Below, piece after piece: positions 28,408 through 37,746 of a stretch of 42,724 nucleotides of DNA. Origin of the DNA: an uncultured Dehalococcoidia bacterium (lineage in GTDB: Bacteria; Chloroflexota; Dehalococcoidia; Lucifugimonadales; CAZSCD01); contig CAZSCD010000012.1 in NCBI GenBank assembly GCA_964605345.1, positions 1-42,724 on the forward strand, in the 5' to 3' direction. The position numbers and the translations under genes were made by a program. Each line of letters starts with the position of its first letter. Position 1 is the stretch's first letter. Below the pieces are notes generated by a model that saw only the letters and a list, made by a program, of their open reading frames with translations, was not told the origin of the DNA and ran no database searches.

Positions 28408-29442
28408 TTAATGGAGTTCTATGGTTCCATCTGAAGTTCTAACAGGAACCACTGCCAACCACTCGAGGGCTTTCCACCAATCTTGATGAGTTATATACCA
28501 ATCCACAGTATGCCTGAGCCCTTCTTCTATAGATGTGCTGGGAGTCCAGTTTATTAATTTATTGATCTTTTCATATGAAGCCATATGTCTATTTACTTGA
28601 CCTGGCCTTTCAGGCACATATGTAATGAGAGATTCAGGCTTACCCAAAATACCAACAATACTTTTAGCAATATCAATTACTGATGTTTCTCGTCCAGTCC
28701 CTATATTTATAGACTGACCAAACTCACCAGACAAATCGGCATCTAACAATTTGTACAATGCCTCGCAATGATCTTTAACATACAGCCAATCTCTAGTTGC
28801 GATACCATCACCATGAATCGTGATAGGTTCATCTTTAATTGCCCTAGTAATGAAACGCGGAATCGCTTTCTCTAAGTGTTGACGTGGCCCATAATTATTA
28901 AATGGCCTGACGATAACTGCCGGTATCCCATAAGTTACCCAATAAGAATACACTAATCTATCTCCACCTGCCTTAGAACTACCATATGGACTACTTGGAT
29001 TCATAGGATGTTCCTCTCTCATAGGAATTTCCGTACCAGTACCATACACTTCAGACGTTGATATATGAATGAATCGATCAATACGATCGATATGCCTAAC
29101 GACAGCATTTGCCACAGTCTGTGTGCCAAGAACATTTGTCTCGAAAAAAACGCGGTCGTTGTAAATAGATCTAGACACATGTGATTCTGCGGCGAAATGT
29201 ACTACAACATCTGATTTTTGAACTAAATCATTCACCAAAGCATCATTGCGAACGTCACCTTGCCAAAACTCGAACCTCGATGAATTTCTTATTTCATCAG
29301 GAGTATTCTCAAGTTGTCCCGCATAAGTCAGTGCATCCAACACGATAATACGACAATCTGTATCATGGTTAGCTATATACTCTATGAAATGGCTACCAAT
29401 AAATCCAGCGCCACCTGTCACCAGTATAGTTCTATCCCTCAT
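28408..29442 (-). CDS. rfbB: dTDP-glucose 4,6-dehydratase-like NDP-hexose 4,6-dehydratase
   Basis: 344 aa. ILVTGGAGFIGSHF, AAESHVSRS, STSEVYG, YGSSKAGGD and NNYGPRQHLEKAIPRFI motifs. Confidence 0.85.
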   Translation of the reverse strand: MRDRTILVTGGAGFIGSHFIEYIANHDTDCRIIVLDALTYAGQLENTPDEIRNSSRFEFWQGDVRNDALVNDLVQKSDVVVHFAAESHVSRSIYNDRVFFETNVLGTQTVANAVVRHIDRIDRFIHISTSEVYGTGTEIPMREEHPMNPSSPYGSSKAGGDRLVYSYWVTYGIPAVIVRPFNNYGPRQHLEKAIPRFITRAIKDEPITIHGDGIATRDWLYVKDHCEALYKLLDADLSGEFGQSINIGTGRETSVIDIAKSIVGILGKPESLITYVPERPGQVNRHMASYEKINKLINWTPSTSIEEGLRHTVDWYITHQDWWKALEWLAVVPVRTSDGTIELH

Positions 29443-29543
29443 AGTATTACCCTTTTAATCATATCCACATCCATTAAATTATCATCTATTCGAGTTCCCA
29501 TGTTTGGATAAAAACTCCTAATTTTGTTAGATAACTAACAAAA

Positions 29544-30362
29544 TTATTTTATACATACCAAAGTAGCAAATTGGTTGTACCAAAGCCTTGGCAACCAACT
29601 TCTAGAATATTTCAATTGGATTATTTCTTTGAATCCACACTCCTTAAGACTCCAATACAAGAGTTTGCGTGATATCCTGGTATCTAAGTTATTTGGAAAC
29701 ACATCACCCCAACGTTGGTGATGTTCAACAGGTCTATACCGAATGCTCATGCCTTGATTAAGATATCCTACTGAATTATGAAACAAAAGCACTTTTTTGG
29801 TCCTGTTCCCAAGCTCACGTATAAGATGTAGGGGATCACTTATATGTTGAGCAAACGCAGTACATATAACAACATCAAACTGTTCTTTAACGTCAAGTCC
29901 TTTAAGTAAATGAGTTTCTGAATCCCAACGTCCTTCACGAAAATCTACACCTTCTATACCTGTAATTTTCCTGAGTATATTTCTTTGTGTATCAAGTTGT
30001 TGTTTATCTATTCCTACACAATTTTGGGCACCTTGTTCTTTAAACCAAAATAATAAATATCCCGTATTACACGCAATCTCGAAAATATCTGATTTCTTGA
30101 TATTCAGATCTGTTAATTCGCAAACCGACTTGGCCCAATCTTGGTACATTAGACCCATTCTGGTATTCAAATTCAAAAATCGCTTAAAAATCTTGGGATG
30201 GCTTCTGCGATTGATGATTGTAGTATCCACATTTTTCATGAAAAACTGTGGAGCTACACCTGACACTATGTCATCACTAAAAATATATGGCTGATACCAA
30301 GGAAGCGAAATAATGTCTTCTTCTCCAATAGATTGCGCATTTGCATATTTTCTCAAATCCAT
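29544..30362 (-). CDS. class I SAM-dependent methyltransferase (divergent)
   Basis: 272 aa. IFEIACNTGYLLFWF...CVGID and FDVVICTAFAQHISDP motifs. Confidence 0.6.
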   Translation of the reverse strand: MDLRKYANAQSIGEEDIISLPWYQPYIFSDDIVSGVAPQFFMKNVDTTIINRRSHPKIFKRFLNLNTRMGLMYQDWAKSVCELTDLNIKKSDIFEIACNTGYLLFWFKEQGAQNCVGIDKQQLDTQRNILRKITGIEGVDFREGRWDSETHLLKGLDVKEQFDVVICTAFAQHISDPLHLIRELGNRTKKVLLFHNSVGYLNQGMSIRYRPVEHHQRWGDVFPNNLDTRISRKLLYWSLKECGFKEIIQLKYSRSWLPRLWYNQFATLVCIK

Positions 30363-30439
30363 TTGTCTTACAACTCAACTTTTTAAATTTTTACCCACAA
30401 ACCCACCTAAATGTTGCCGCTACGTACTTTTGCCAAAAA

Positions 30440-31399
30440 TTAATTATTCGGATGTTTCGACAACCCAGTATTGACTAAAAAAGTTCTAAGTCTGGCACGT
30501 TGACGTTCTGGTACAGTATATCCAATAAAGTATCTAAAAAATCCGAATATTAACCCTGTATGAGAAATCCGACCGGCTGACAATAATTCTTTACCCATCT
30601 GTATGAATTCCCCATTACCCAATAGTCGTCTAGCTCGTATAACAAGCGCACCAGCCAAACTGAGTTTAATAATTTTAACATCATCCGATGAATATCTTTC
30701 GTTACACAGTCTTTTGGAAAGAATTTCAATTCCTTCATTCAAGGCAAGAGTTGTATGTGCTCCTTGGCTAGAATGCCTACGAATGCCAAGTAGTTGTTCA
30801 GGAATATTTGCAGAAATACAGTTGAGCAATAAGCGATCATATAACTCTACATCAGCAGCATAGCGGTAACGTTCATCATATCCACCTATACCATTTAAGA
30901 CACTTAATTTAACCAAAAGGCTTCCATGAATAATTGGAGATCCCCTGAGCAAAGCTCGTTTAATATCCTGATGATTCAATTGAGTTACAACTTCTCCCTC
31001 AACAACTTTGGGGTCATCTCTAAATGTCCAAGCCCATGTCCCAACACAACTAATACTGGCATTCTCTGTAATTAGCCTCATCTGTTTTGCAAGTCTAGTT
31101 TCGGATGAATAATCATCTGCATCCATTCTAGCAACCCACAAAGTTTTAATATGTTTCAATCCAACGTTCAATGCGGCTGTTTGTCCTATATTGTTTTCCA
31201 AGAACAACATGTCAATTCGTTTATCATCATACGATTCTATAATGTTACGAGTACTATCAGTCGAAGCATCGTCGACAATCAAAAAGCGAAATTGTTTATA
31301 AGTCTGATTCAATATACTATCTATGGCTGTTCTAATATATGATTCACCGTTATAAACAGTCATCAAAACAGTTATTTTATCGTCATTTAATTTTTTCAA
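30440..31399 (-). CDS. glycosyltransferase family 2
   Basis: ITVLMTVYNGESYIRTAIDSILNQTY...LIVDDASTD and ARMDADD motifs. The longest ORF reaches 31495 but would overlap the upstream gene by 113 nt. TTG at 31397-31399 (MKKLNDDKITVLM...) gives a 17-nt overlap. The start is uncertain. Confidence 0.78.
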   Translation of the reverse strand: MKKLNDDKITVLMTVYNGESYIRTAIDSILNQTYKQFRFLIVDDASTDSTRNIIESYDDKRIDMLFLENNIGQTAALNVGLKHIKTLWVARMDADDYSSETRLAKQMRLITENASISCVGTWAWTFRDDPKVVEGEVVTQLNHQDIKRALLRGSPIIHGSLLVKLSVLNGIGGYDERYRYAADVELYDRLLLNCISANIPEQLLGIRRHSSQGAHTTLALNEGIEILSKRLCNERYSSDDVKIIKLSLAGALVIRARRLLGNGEFIQMGKELLSAGRISHTGLIFGFFRYFIGYTVPERQRARLRTFLVNTGLSKHPNN

Positions 31400-33209
31400 A
31401 ATCCCAAAACTTCCACATGTTGGATGCATCAACAGGTTCAAGATACGAAAGAGCATATCTGTGACCTTGTTTTTGTGTCTCTCTATAGACATCATCTGGC
31501 AAACTATCTATATGTTTTATGATATCCATTAAATCCTCAGGATTATATGCTGACCATTTAAAATCTTTACACGCGAAAATAGAATCTGTACCTACAGGTT
31601 CTCCCAAATCCAAATAGATCGCGGGAATACCTTTCAAAACAGCCTCCATACCAACAGTTGAAGATACATACACTACGACGTCAGCCCATTCAAAATCATG
31701 TGATAAAGAACATGTACTTACTGTAAAGAATTCACGGTCATTTAACCCGGAATATTTTACTGCAGGACCGAGTGGCATTGTTGGATGTGGTCTTATACGA
31801 ACATCGTAGTCATTGGTACTCGAAAAACTTTTTGCCAAAAACTGTAATGAGTAAACATACTCCTCAAGACCCGTTCCAAGAGCTACCAATATCTTTCGAA
31901 TCCTTCCATTTCGACTTTTAGGTTGGTATTGTGAGACATGTTCCTGTCTCAAAGCACCAGCTTTTCTAATAATTCCAGACGGATAATTACTTTCTTTTGT
32001 TAACCACTCCTTAACCCACCCACCTGTAGTCAAAATTGTATCTGGCAAAGGTGTAATATCAGCTTCTTTTGACTGAACCATGAAATTAGTGTGTCCGTGT
32101 GTAATAGCAGCATGTTGATATCCAGCAATAAGAGAATTGGGAGATACAGCCCGCATTCCAAGAAGCAGCATCTTCTCCCACGCGCGATTCTCAAAAGGAT
32201 AGATACATTTGGCTATACTTATCCTTTGAGAAATCCATTGGGCCAAATAATATAACCTGATGTTAAGAAAAACATCACCAGAATGACAAGCATCTTTAAC
32301 GGCCCTTTCAATCAATAAACTAACATCCAATCCATCAATTTCTAGTTTGCCTTTGACCTTAATGGGCTGAATATAAACTTTCAAAGCCTGAAAAAAAGAC
32401 ATGCCCAGATGTTTTAATGTCAAACAAGCATCTAAAGGTACAACTGGCACTCCAAATTTAAGAGATTTTATTTTTTTAAATTGCTCCAAAGGTTTCTCTA
32501 AAACCAACGCTAACACCAAAGGCTTATATTCTGATTTCGACAAATGCCCTATAAGAGAGCCAAAATAAATATCTTTGTACTCACTGGGTGAGGCAAAAGA
32601 ACTAGGATGTGTAACAGTGCTAACAAGAAAATGTTTTTCTTCAAGATTTGAATCAGGCTTACAGCCACGAGTCATCATCCAAAACACCAACGTTCTGACA
32701 AAACTTCTAACAATACCCACTGGAGTATGTCGTTTGACAAAAGTCTTTAATGCATTTTTCTGGTTAATTCGAGATACTATCGACACATCAACATTTCGAG
32801 ACCAAACTTTAATCTGATCCGATAAATCTAGGTTATCCGTGATAACGAGTAAAGACCGATCACTGATATTAACTAACTCCACAATAAGAAGGAAATTAAA
32901 TATATCCCGAAAACAAGGCCGCACAAGTGATTGTTTATCAGTAAATGGCATAGCCCACCAATGAAGTGAGTGATTGATAACATTTAGTTCCCCAAAAAAG
33001 TTTATATATTTCTGTCTAAACTTTTCACTACGTTCTCGGAAAAGTTGCTCTTTGCAAAGTCCTTCAGCGTCGGGCATTTGACTTAGATATCCAACTATAC
33101 GCTGGCCTTCCTCTGTTAGAGTTAAATTTATATATCTAACAGGCACTGAATGACGCCCAAGAAGTTTTTTGAGACCGTCAAGACTATTGCATAGAATTAC
33201 CGTCTTCAC
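31383..33209 (-). CDS. large uncharacterised protein with GT-B-like C-terminal half (RxHP ... SSTVGMEA), candidate KpsC/KpsS- or TagF-like transferase
   Basis: 608 aa. DVRIRPHPT followed by VVVYVSSTVGMEAVLKGIPAIYLDLG. No family is confidently recognised. Confidence 0.45.
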   Translation of the reverse strand: MKTVILCNSLDGLKKLLGRHSVPVRYINLTLTEEGQRIVGYLSQMPDAEGLCKEQLFRERSEKFRQKYINFFGELNVINHSLHWWAMPFTDKQSLVRPCFRDIFNFLLIVELVNISDRSLLVITDNLDLSDQIKVWSRNVDVSIVSRINQKNALKTFVKRHTPVGIVRSFVRTLVFWMMTRGCKPDSNLEEKHFLVSTVTHPSSFASPSEYKDIYFGSLIGHLSKSEYKPLVLALVLEKPLEQFKKIKSLKFGVPVVPLDACLTLKHLGMSFFQALKVYIQPIKVKGKLEIDGLDVSLLIERAVKDACHSGDVFLNIRLYYLAQWISQRISIAKCIYPFENRAWEKMLLLGMRAVSPNSLIAGYQHAAITHGHTNFMVQSKEADITPLPDTILTTGGWVKEWLTKESNYPSGIIRKAGALRQEHVSQYQPKSRNGRIRKILVALGTGLEEYVYSLQFLAKSFSSTNDYDVRIRPHPTMPLGPAVKYSGLNDREFFTVSTCSLSHDFEWADVVVYVSSTVGMEAVLKGIPAIYLDLGEPVGTDSIFACKDFKWSAYNPEDLMDIIKHIDSLPDDVYRETQKQGHRYALSYLEPVDASNMWKFWDFEKIK

Positions 33210-34174
33210 AATCCAGCAGCCACCAAATCATGTAAGTGAATCATACCAACCACTTGGTTGTTCGGACGATCCAATACAGGGAGTACTGAAAAAGGGGTTC
33301 CTCTATCTTTCATAAGGTTCAGGGCGTGAAAAGCTTTTTCATCTGAGAAAACACTCGTAGGATTGTTGTTCATAATATCTGCGACATTTAACTTGAAAAT
33401 ATCTATCTCTTGTTCAAGCACACGTCGGATATCAAAATCAGTAACTAGTCCTACAAGAACACCTTGATCATTAATCACTGACACCGCACCACTACGCTTA
33501 CTAGTGATTTGATATAGCATATCCTGTACGGAATCCTTATTATTTACTACAGGGTTATCTAAACCAGCACGCATAATATCACTGACTGTTGTAAGAATCC
33601 TTCGCCCAAGTTGTCCGCCCGGATGAAAAACAGCGAAGTCTTCAGGTGTAAGACCGCGCATCTTCATCAGAGTTATCGCCAATGCATCTCCAACCACTAA
33701 GGCAGCTGTAGTACTAGACGTTGGCACTAAATCTAACGGACATGCCTCCTTATCAATTGGGGTCACCAGTACTAAATCTGAAATTTGCACAAGTTCTGAA
33801 TCTGTGCTAACAGTTATAGCAATTATAGGTACTCGGATTTTCTTAATGTAACGAAGTATACTAAGCAGCTCATCAGATTGACCTGATTTACTTATAGCAA
33901 TAACCACATCTCCTACAGATACCATACCCACATCACCATGCATGCCATCTCCCGAATGTAGAAAAACAGCAGAAGTGCCAGTAGAAGCCATCGTAGTTGA
34001 TATTTTTTGGGCAACAATACCAGATTTACCCATACCTGTAACAACAACTTTGCCTGAACAATTAAATAAGAGTTCTATGGCCTGTGCATATGACTTGGTC
34101 AAACTCTTACGTAATTTAATAAGTGCATCTATTTCAAGTTCTATAACTCTTTCTATTTCTTTTAAAGTGTTCAT
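33206..34174 (-). CDS. kpsF: arabinose-5-phosphate isomerase (SIS domain + CBS pair), KpsF/KdsD family
   Basis: 322 aa. VVVTGMGKSG, AISKSGQSDE, PTSSTTA and a C-terminal CBS pair. Confidence 0.88.
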   Translation of the reverse strand: MNTLKEIERVIELEIDALIKLRKSLTKSYAQAIELLFNCSGKVVVTGMGKSGIVAQKISTTMASTGTSAVFLHSGDGMHGDVGMVSVGDVVIAISKSGQSDELLSILRYIKKIRVPIIAITVSTDSELVQISDLVLVTPIDKEACPLDLVPTSSTTAALVVGDALAITLMKMRGLTPEDFAVFHPGGQLGRRILTTVSDIMRAGLDNPVVNNKDSVQDMLYQITSKRSGAVSVINDQGVLVGLVTDFDIRRVLEQEIDIFKLNVADIMNNNPTSVFSDEKAFHALNLMKDRGTPFSVLPVLDRPNNQVVGMIHLHDLVAAGL

Positions 34175-34208
34175 CTCACTTAAATTTCAAACTCCTATTT
34201 TTTTTAAT

Positions 34209-35723
34209 TTACTTAGGAAAATAAGCTACTACCGCTTTACGCAACAGCAATAAATTGTTTCGTGTAACAACCTGGATTTTGGTTCCAACGTATAGGTAAA
34301 TAACAATTAAACTCAATTTGACCAATACACGCAAATAATATGCAATCATTAAATCTCTCAATATAATCATCAGGATTGCAGACAAAAGAAACACGAGAAA
34401 CACAACCGCAACTCGCACATATTCCCAATTAATACGATAGTACTGTTGCCCCACAACAAACCATACTACCAATGAACCTATACCTCCCAATAACATTGCC
34501 CATGCCGCGCCGATTGCCCCCCACATTAGAATGAACGGTATACTCACCGCTAAATGAAATCCTATAGTTACCAGTGTCAACATAGATGTGACATGGGTTT
34601 TTCTTGCATATAACAACTGTAATCCACTCAATTTGCCGAAGAATTGCACCCCGTAGAACATTGCAAGCACAATAACAATATCAATTGCTCCATGGTAAGA
34701 AGATGGAGTCAGTACAGATACAATCTCCTCAGACAAAAGAGCAACTAATAAAGCTAAGGAAGTAGATATATACACAAAAGGAGTTAGATACATTCCTATT
34801 GAATCCGATGCATTTTCTTTTGCATCAAACATTTTTGAATACACACGAGGCGAAAAAACATTCTCCAATGCAGTCATATAGGAAAATACTGTGAGTGAAA
34901 TCTTTTGTCCGATACTATATATACCTACTCCACCAATAGACCCAAGTAAACCAATCAAATATTTGTCACTTTGTTTACTTATAACACCAAATATTGTTCT
35001 AGGGGTTAGAGGATATCCTATCTTCAATGTGTCACTCAAAATTGACCTACTTAAAGAAGGGGGATGACTGGCCACAAATTTACAACTTAGTATCAGGAAA
35101 ATAATCACTCCTGCACTTATTTGACCATAGACCAAACCGATAACTCCAATCTTATAATAAGCCACCAATACCACAGCAATAACTAAGTTAATTAAACCAG
35201 CAGCGACTGTATAGGTTACAAATGAACGTGCTTCTTCTGAATTTTTAAAGTAGGTTAGATAGTAATAGCTAATTCCACTCAAAAAGTAGGATGCGGTCAC
35301 CCAAAAGAGAAAAACTCCATGTTCGTTGGAGCCAGTAATCATCTTCGAAATGATTGAGGCGAACACAAAGGTAAAAGATGCCAAAACAACAAAATTTAAT
35401 GTGACAAACAACAATACTGAATATAATAATTGAGCAGTCTTTTTATTGCTGTCACGATATTCAAAGTAATTACGTTCATACGCCAATTGCATTCCAAAAT
35501 TTGCTAATCCATTAATTAGAGTCCCGTATACTTGTGCTAGTGCCAACAAGCCATAATCTTCTTTGGATAAAATTCTGGTAAATAGAGGTAAAGTCATGAT
35601 TGGAATCACAGTACTCACGATAACAGGAAGAAAGTAAAGAAGACTGTTTTTGATTTGTTTCATACCATCTGAAGATTTCTTTAATTCGTCATCGTGAATT
35701 GCTCCTTTTTCTGAATCGACCAC
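34209..35723 (-). CDS. wzx: Wzx-type oligosaccharide flippase (MOP superfamily polysaccharide biosynthesis protein)
   Basis: 504 aa with about 12-14 hydrophobic segments. LPLFTRILSKEDYG N-terminal signature. Confidence 0.8.
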   Translation of the reverse strand: MVDSEKGAIHDDELKKSSDGMKQIKNSLLYFLPVIVSTVIPIMTLPLFTRILSKEDYGLLALAQVYGTLINGLANFGMQLAYERNYFEYRDSNKKTAQLLYSVLLFVTLNFVVLASFTFVFASIISKMITGSNEHGVFLFWVTASYFLSGISYYYLTYFKNSEEARSFVTYTVAAGLINLVIAVVLVAYYKIGVIGLVYGQISAGVIIFLILSCKFVASHPPSLSRSILSDTLKIGYPLTPRTIFGVISKQSDKYLIGLLGSIGGVGIYSIGQKISLTVFSYMTALENVFSPRVYSKMFDAKENASDSIGMYLTPFVYISTSLALLVALLSEEIVSVLTPSSYHGAIDIVIVLAMFYGVQFFGKLSGLQLLYARKTHVTSMLTLVTIGFHLAVSIPFILMWGAIGAAWAMLLGGIGSLVVWFVVGQQYYRINWEYVRVAVVFLVFLLSAILMIILRDLMIAYYLRVLVKLSLIVIYLYVGTKIQVVTRNNLLLLRKAVVAYFPK

Positions 35724-37294
35724 TAATTCACACCATGTTCCTCAGTCACAATTTGATGCAAAAACCTACGCATACGCCTTGCAGACTGCCCATCACGGAA
35801 AGGGTCAAAATGATTAATTATAGGCGTCCAATCACCTAAATCCTGACTATCAGGCACAGCATTTCGGAAATCAAGTATGGCATCTATAGCTTGTTGAATT
35901 GACGGATACACAATGTTTGCTTGTTGGAAAAGTGAATCGTTATCAGTCCTAGTACGAGAGGAATCAACCATCACTGTACGTACGCCAGCCACTGCGGCCT
36001 CTAAAGAAGCCGTACTGCCTAAAGTCTGACCAATTGCAATGTCAGCTGACAAAGCTGCTTCAGCAGGAAAAACCATATTGCGATGCACTCCATATACCAA
36101 TTCACAATAACGTCCGGTATCCACAGCTGCATCTCTGAGATCAGAAATGCCAGCCATGACTACTGGGGAATGTTTTACATGTTGTGATTTGACAACTAAT
36201 CCTAGAGAGGAATCATCGAGAACAAGCCTGAAAAGTGCACGAAGTTCTTCACAATAATCCTCTACACTTATCCAACCATATTTATAATCATGAACACTCT
36301 CATTAAAATAACAAATTACAAATTTTGCTCCCATATCTTTCAATTTTTCTCGGCGCTCTAGAGCTCGGCTACGAACAACTTCAAATGAGGAATCATAAAG
36401 GTACCCAATATCTATAAAAGACCCAGGGCGTACACCTTTTGATATCCATCTCTCATGGAATAACGGAGAGAATGTCAACATAACATCAGAAGTAGTAAGC
36501 AATATTGGCGCTGCGGCTCCAATATTTGAATATTGATACGAAACGGTACGTATACCCAATGCTGGAGCAATAAGTTGCATAGCTTCTGGCTCTTGGTAAT
36601 AAGTGACATTCGTCATAAAAGCTTTGATTTGTTTTTTATTGCAGTAAGACGTTAAGTGAATAGCTAAAAAAAACAGACTCCCAAATCTATTCACTGCCAA
36701 AATTTCATCTGATGTGCTTGGTAATAAAGACCGAAGCATACACTTCCACAAGTCTCTTCTAAGATGACTTTGAATAGGCAATTCTGGATCCTGCTTTGTT
36801 CGCATTACCTCCTTAAGTGAAACAGTGGATACTCCTTGATTTCGCATCTGCGTAAAATCTAATGTCTTTCTATTTACTCGATTATCTTCTAGGATATAAG
36901 TTTTAAAGGGAGGATGTTCATCATTTTCAAAAAGCCAATGTGGTTGGGTCCTATACGAACGATCTGAAGACAAATCATCATCCTGCATCACCAAAATACC
37001 CGGCAAATCAATTTCTGGATCTATTGATGAATCTCTATGATTTATATGAGTTTTAATTAAATCTACAAACCTCCACCTGAAAACATCAATGCGCCATTTA
37101 AATATCCATAGCAACAAATAAATACGAATCTTTATCAACGAAATGAACCCAGGTGAATAAACCTGTACATCTACATTGTCACAAAAACTGTCCATTAAAT
37201 CAGGATTAAATTCAACAGGACGCCTGATTAACAGAACAGCGTTGTTATAACCTGCTTCTCTAGCCAAGGCATTAGTTACCAAAACTTTCATCAT
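35723..37294 (-). CDS. uncharacterised GT-B-like protein (downstream part of a longer frame interrupted by TAG)
   Basis: 523 aa. VVKSQHVKH ... ADIAIGQTLGSTASLEAAVAGVRTVMVD resembles the C-terminal half of 31383-33209. The frame continues upstream; see the next feature. Confidence 0.6.
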   Translation of the reverse strand: MMKVLVTNALAREAGYNNAVLLIRRPVEFNPDLMDSFCDNVDVQVYSPGFISLIKIRIYLLLWIFKWRIDVFRWRFVDLIKTHINHRDSSIDPEIDLPGILVMQDDDLSSDRSYRTQPHWLFENDEHPPFKTYILEDNRVNRKTLDFTQMRNQGVSTVSLKEVMRTKQDPELPIQSHLRRDLWKCMLRSLLPSTSDEILAVNRFGSLFFLAIHLTSYCNKKQIKAFMTNVTYYQEPEAMQLIAPALGIRTVSYQYSNIGAAAPILLTTSDVMLTFSPLFHERWISKGVRPGSFIDIGYLYDSSFEVVRSRALERREKLKDMGAKFVICYFNESVHDYKYGWISVEDYCEELRALFRLVLDDSSLGLVVKSQHVKHSPVVMAGISDLRDAAVDTGRYCELVYGVHRNMVFPAEAALSADIAIGQTLGSTASLEAAVAGVRTVMVDSSRTRTDNDSLFQQANIVYPSIQQAIDAILDFRNAVPDSQDLGDWTPIINHFDPFRDGQSARRMRRFLHQIVTEEHGVN

Positions 37295-37678
37295 CCAATG
37301 CTTTATGGGACCCCATAGTATTCTAGATAAGTTTAATCTCAGAACTTCATTGGGCCAATTGGCTTGTAGATTAAGTAGGAATTGAGAATTCTGAATGATT
37401 TCTTTCGCAACATCTAACGTAATATAACTCGCCTTACGGGAAGCAAAATTGGCAAAAGATTCGCCATCGTCAGTCGACTAATGACCAACAAAGAAATCTG
37501 CCTCTTTGACGTCAAATCTTAGAAGCTTCATTATTATTCTAAGCAACCTATCAAAAATCCCATCCGGAAGTTCATCAAGAACCTGTACGTTATTCAGGTC
37601 ATTTGTTGTTAGGTTACTTAATCGCATCCATATCAAACGTATGAATACACGAAATGTTAATCGGTCACAGTAAATCAT
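37295..37678 (-). other. in-frame upstream extension of the 35723-37294 ORF: 66 codons, TAG (37478-37480), then 61 stop-free codons running into the ATG at 37294
   Basis: Codon-by-codon translation of 37295-37480. Both ORFs have the same phase (37678 and 37294 are both 1 mod 3). Possible explanations are a nonsense pseudogene, a sequencing error or readthrough. Confidence 0.6.
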
Positions 37679-37746
37679 TCTGTAAATTCACACTTTTAGG
37701 ATTTAAGTTCACTCAAATGTTTAGTGGGCTTCATAATGCATCAACA

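Noticed and set aside
34229-34235. An ops/JUMPStart-like GCGGTAG on the minus strand (RfaH antitermination signal).
   Set aside because: Only 7 nt match, and they sit inside the 3' end of the wzx coding region rather than in a leader. This could easily be chance.
37478-37480. TAG reassigned as a sense codon (alternative genetic code).
   Set aside because: TAG terminates the tylF-like gene (13173-13175) and pseB (19360-19362) at positions consistent with normal protein C-termini, so TAG functions as a stop in this genome.
37478-37678. The 66-aa ORF considered as an independent small gene.
   Set aside because: It is in phase with the downstream 523-aa ORF and separated from it only by one TAG and 61 stop-free codons. 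Treating it as the severed 5' part of that gene is more parsimonious.
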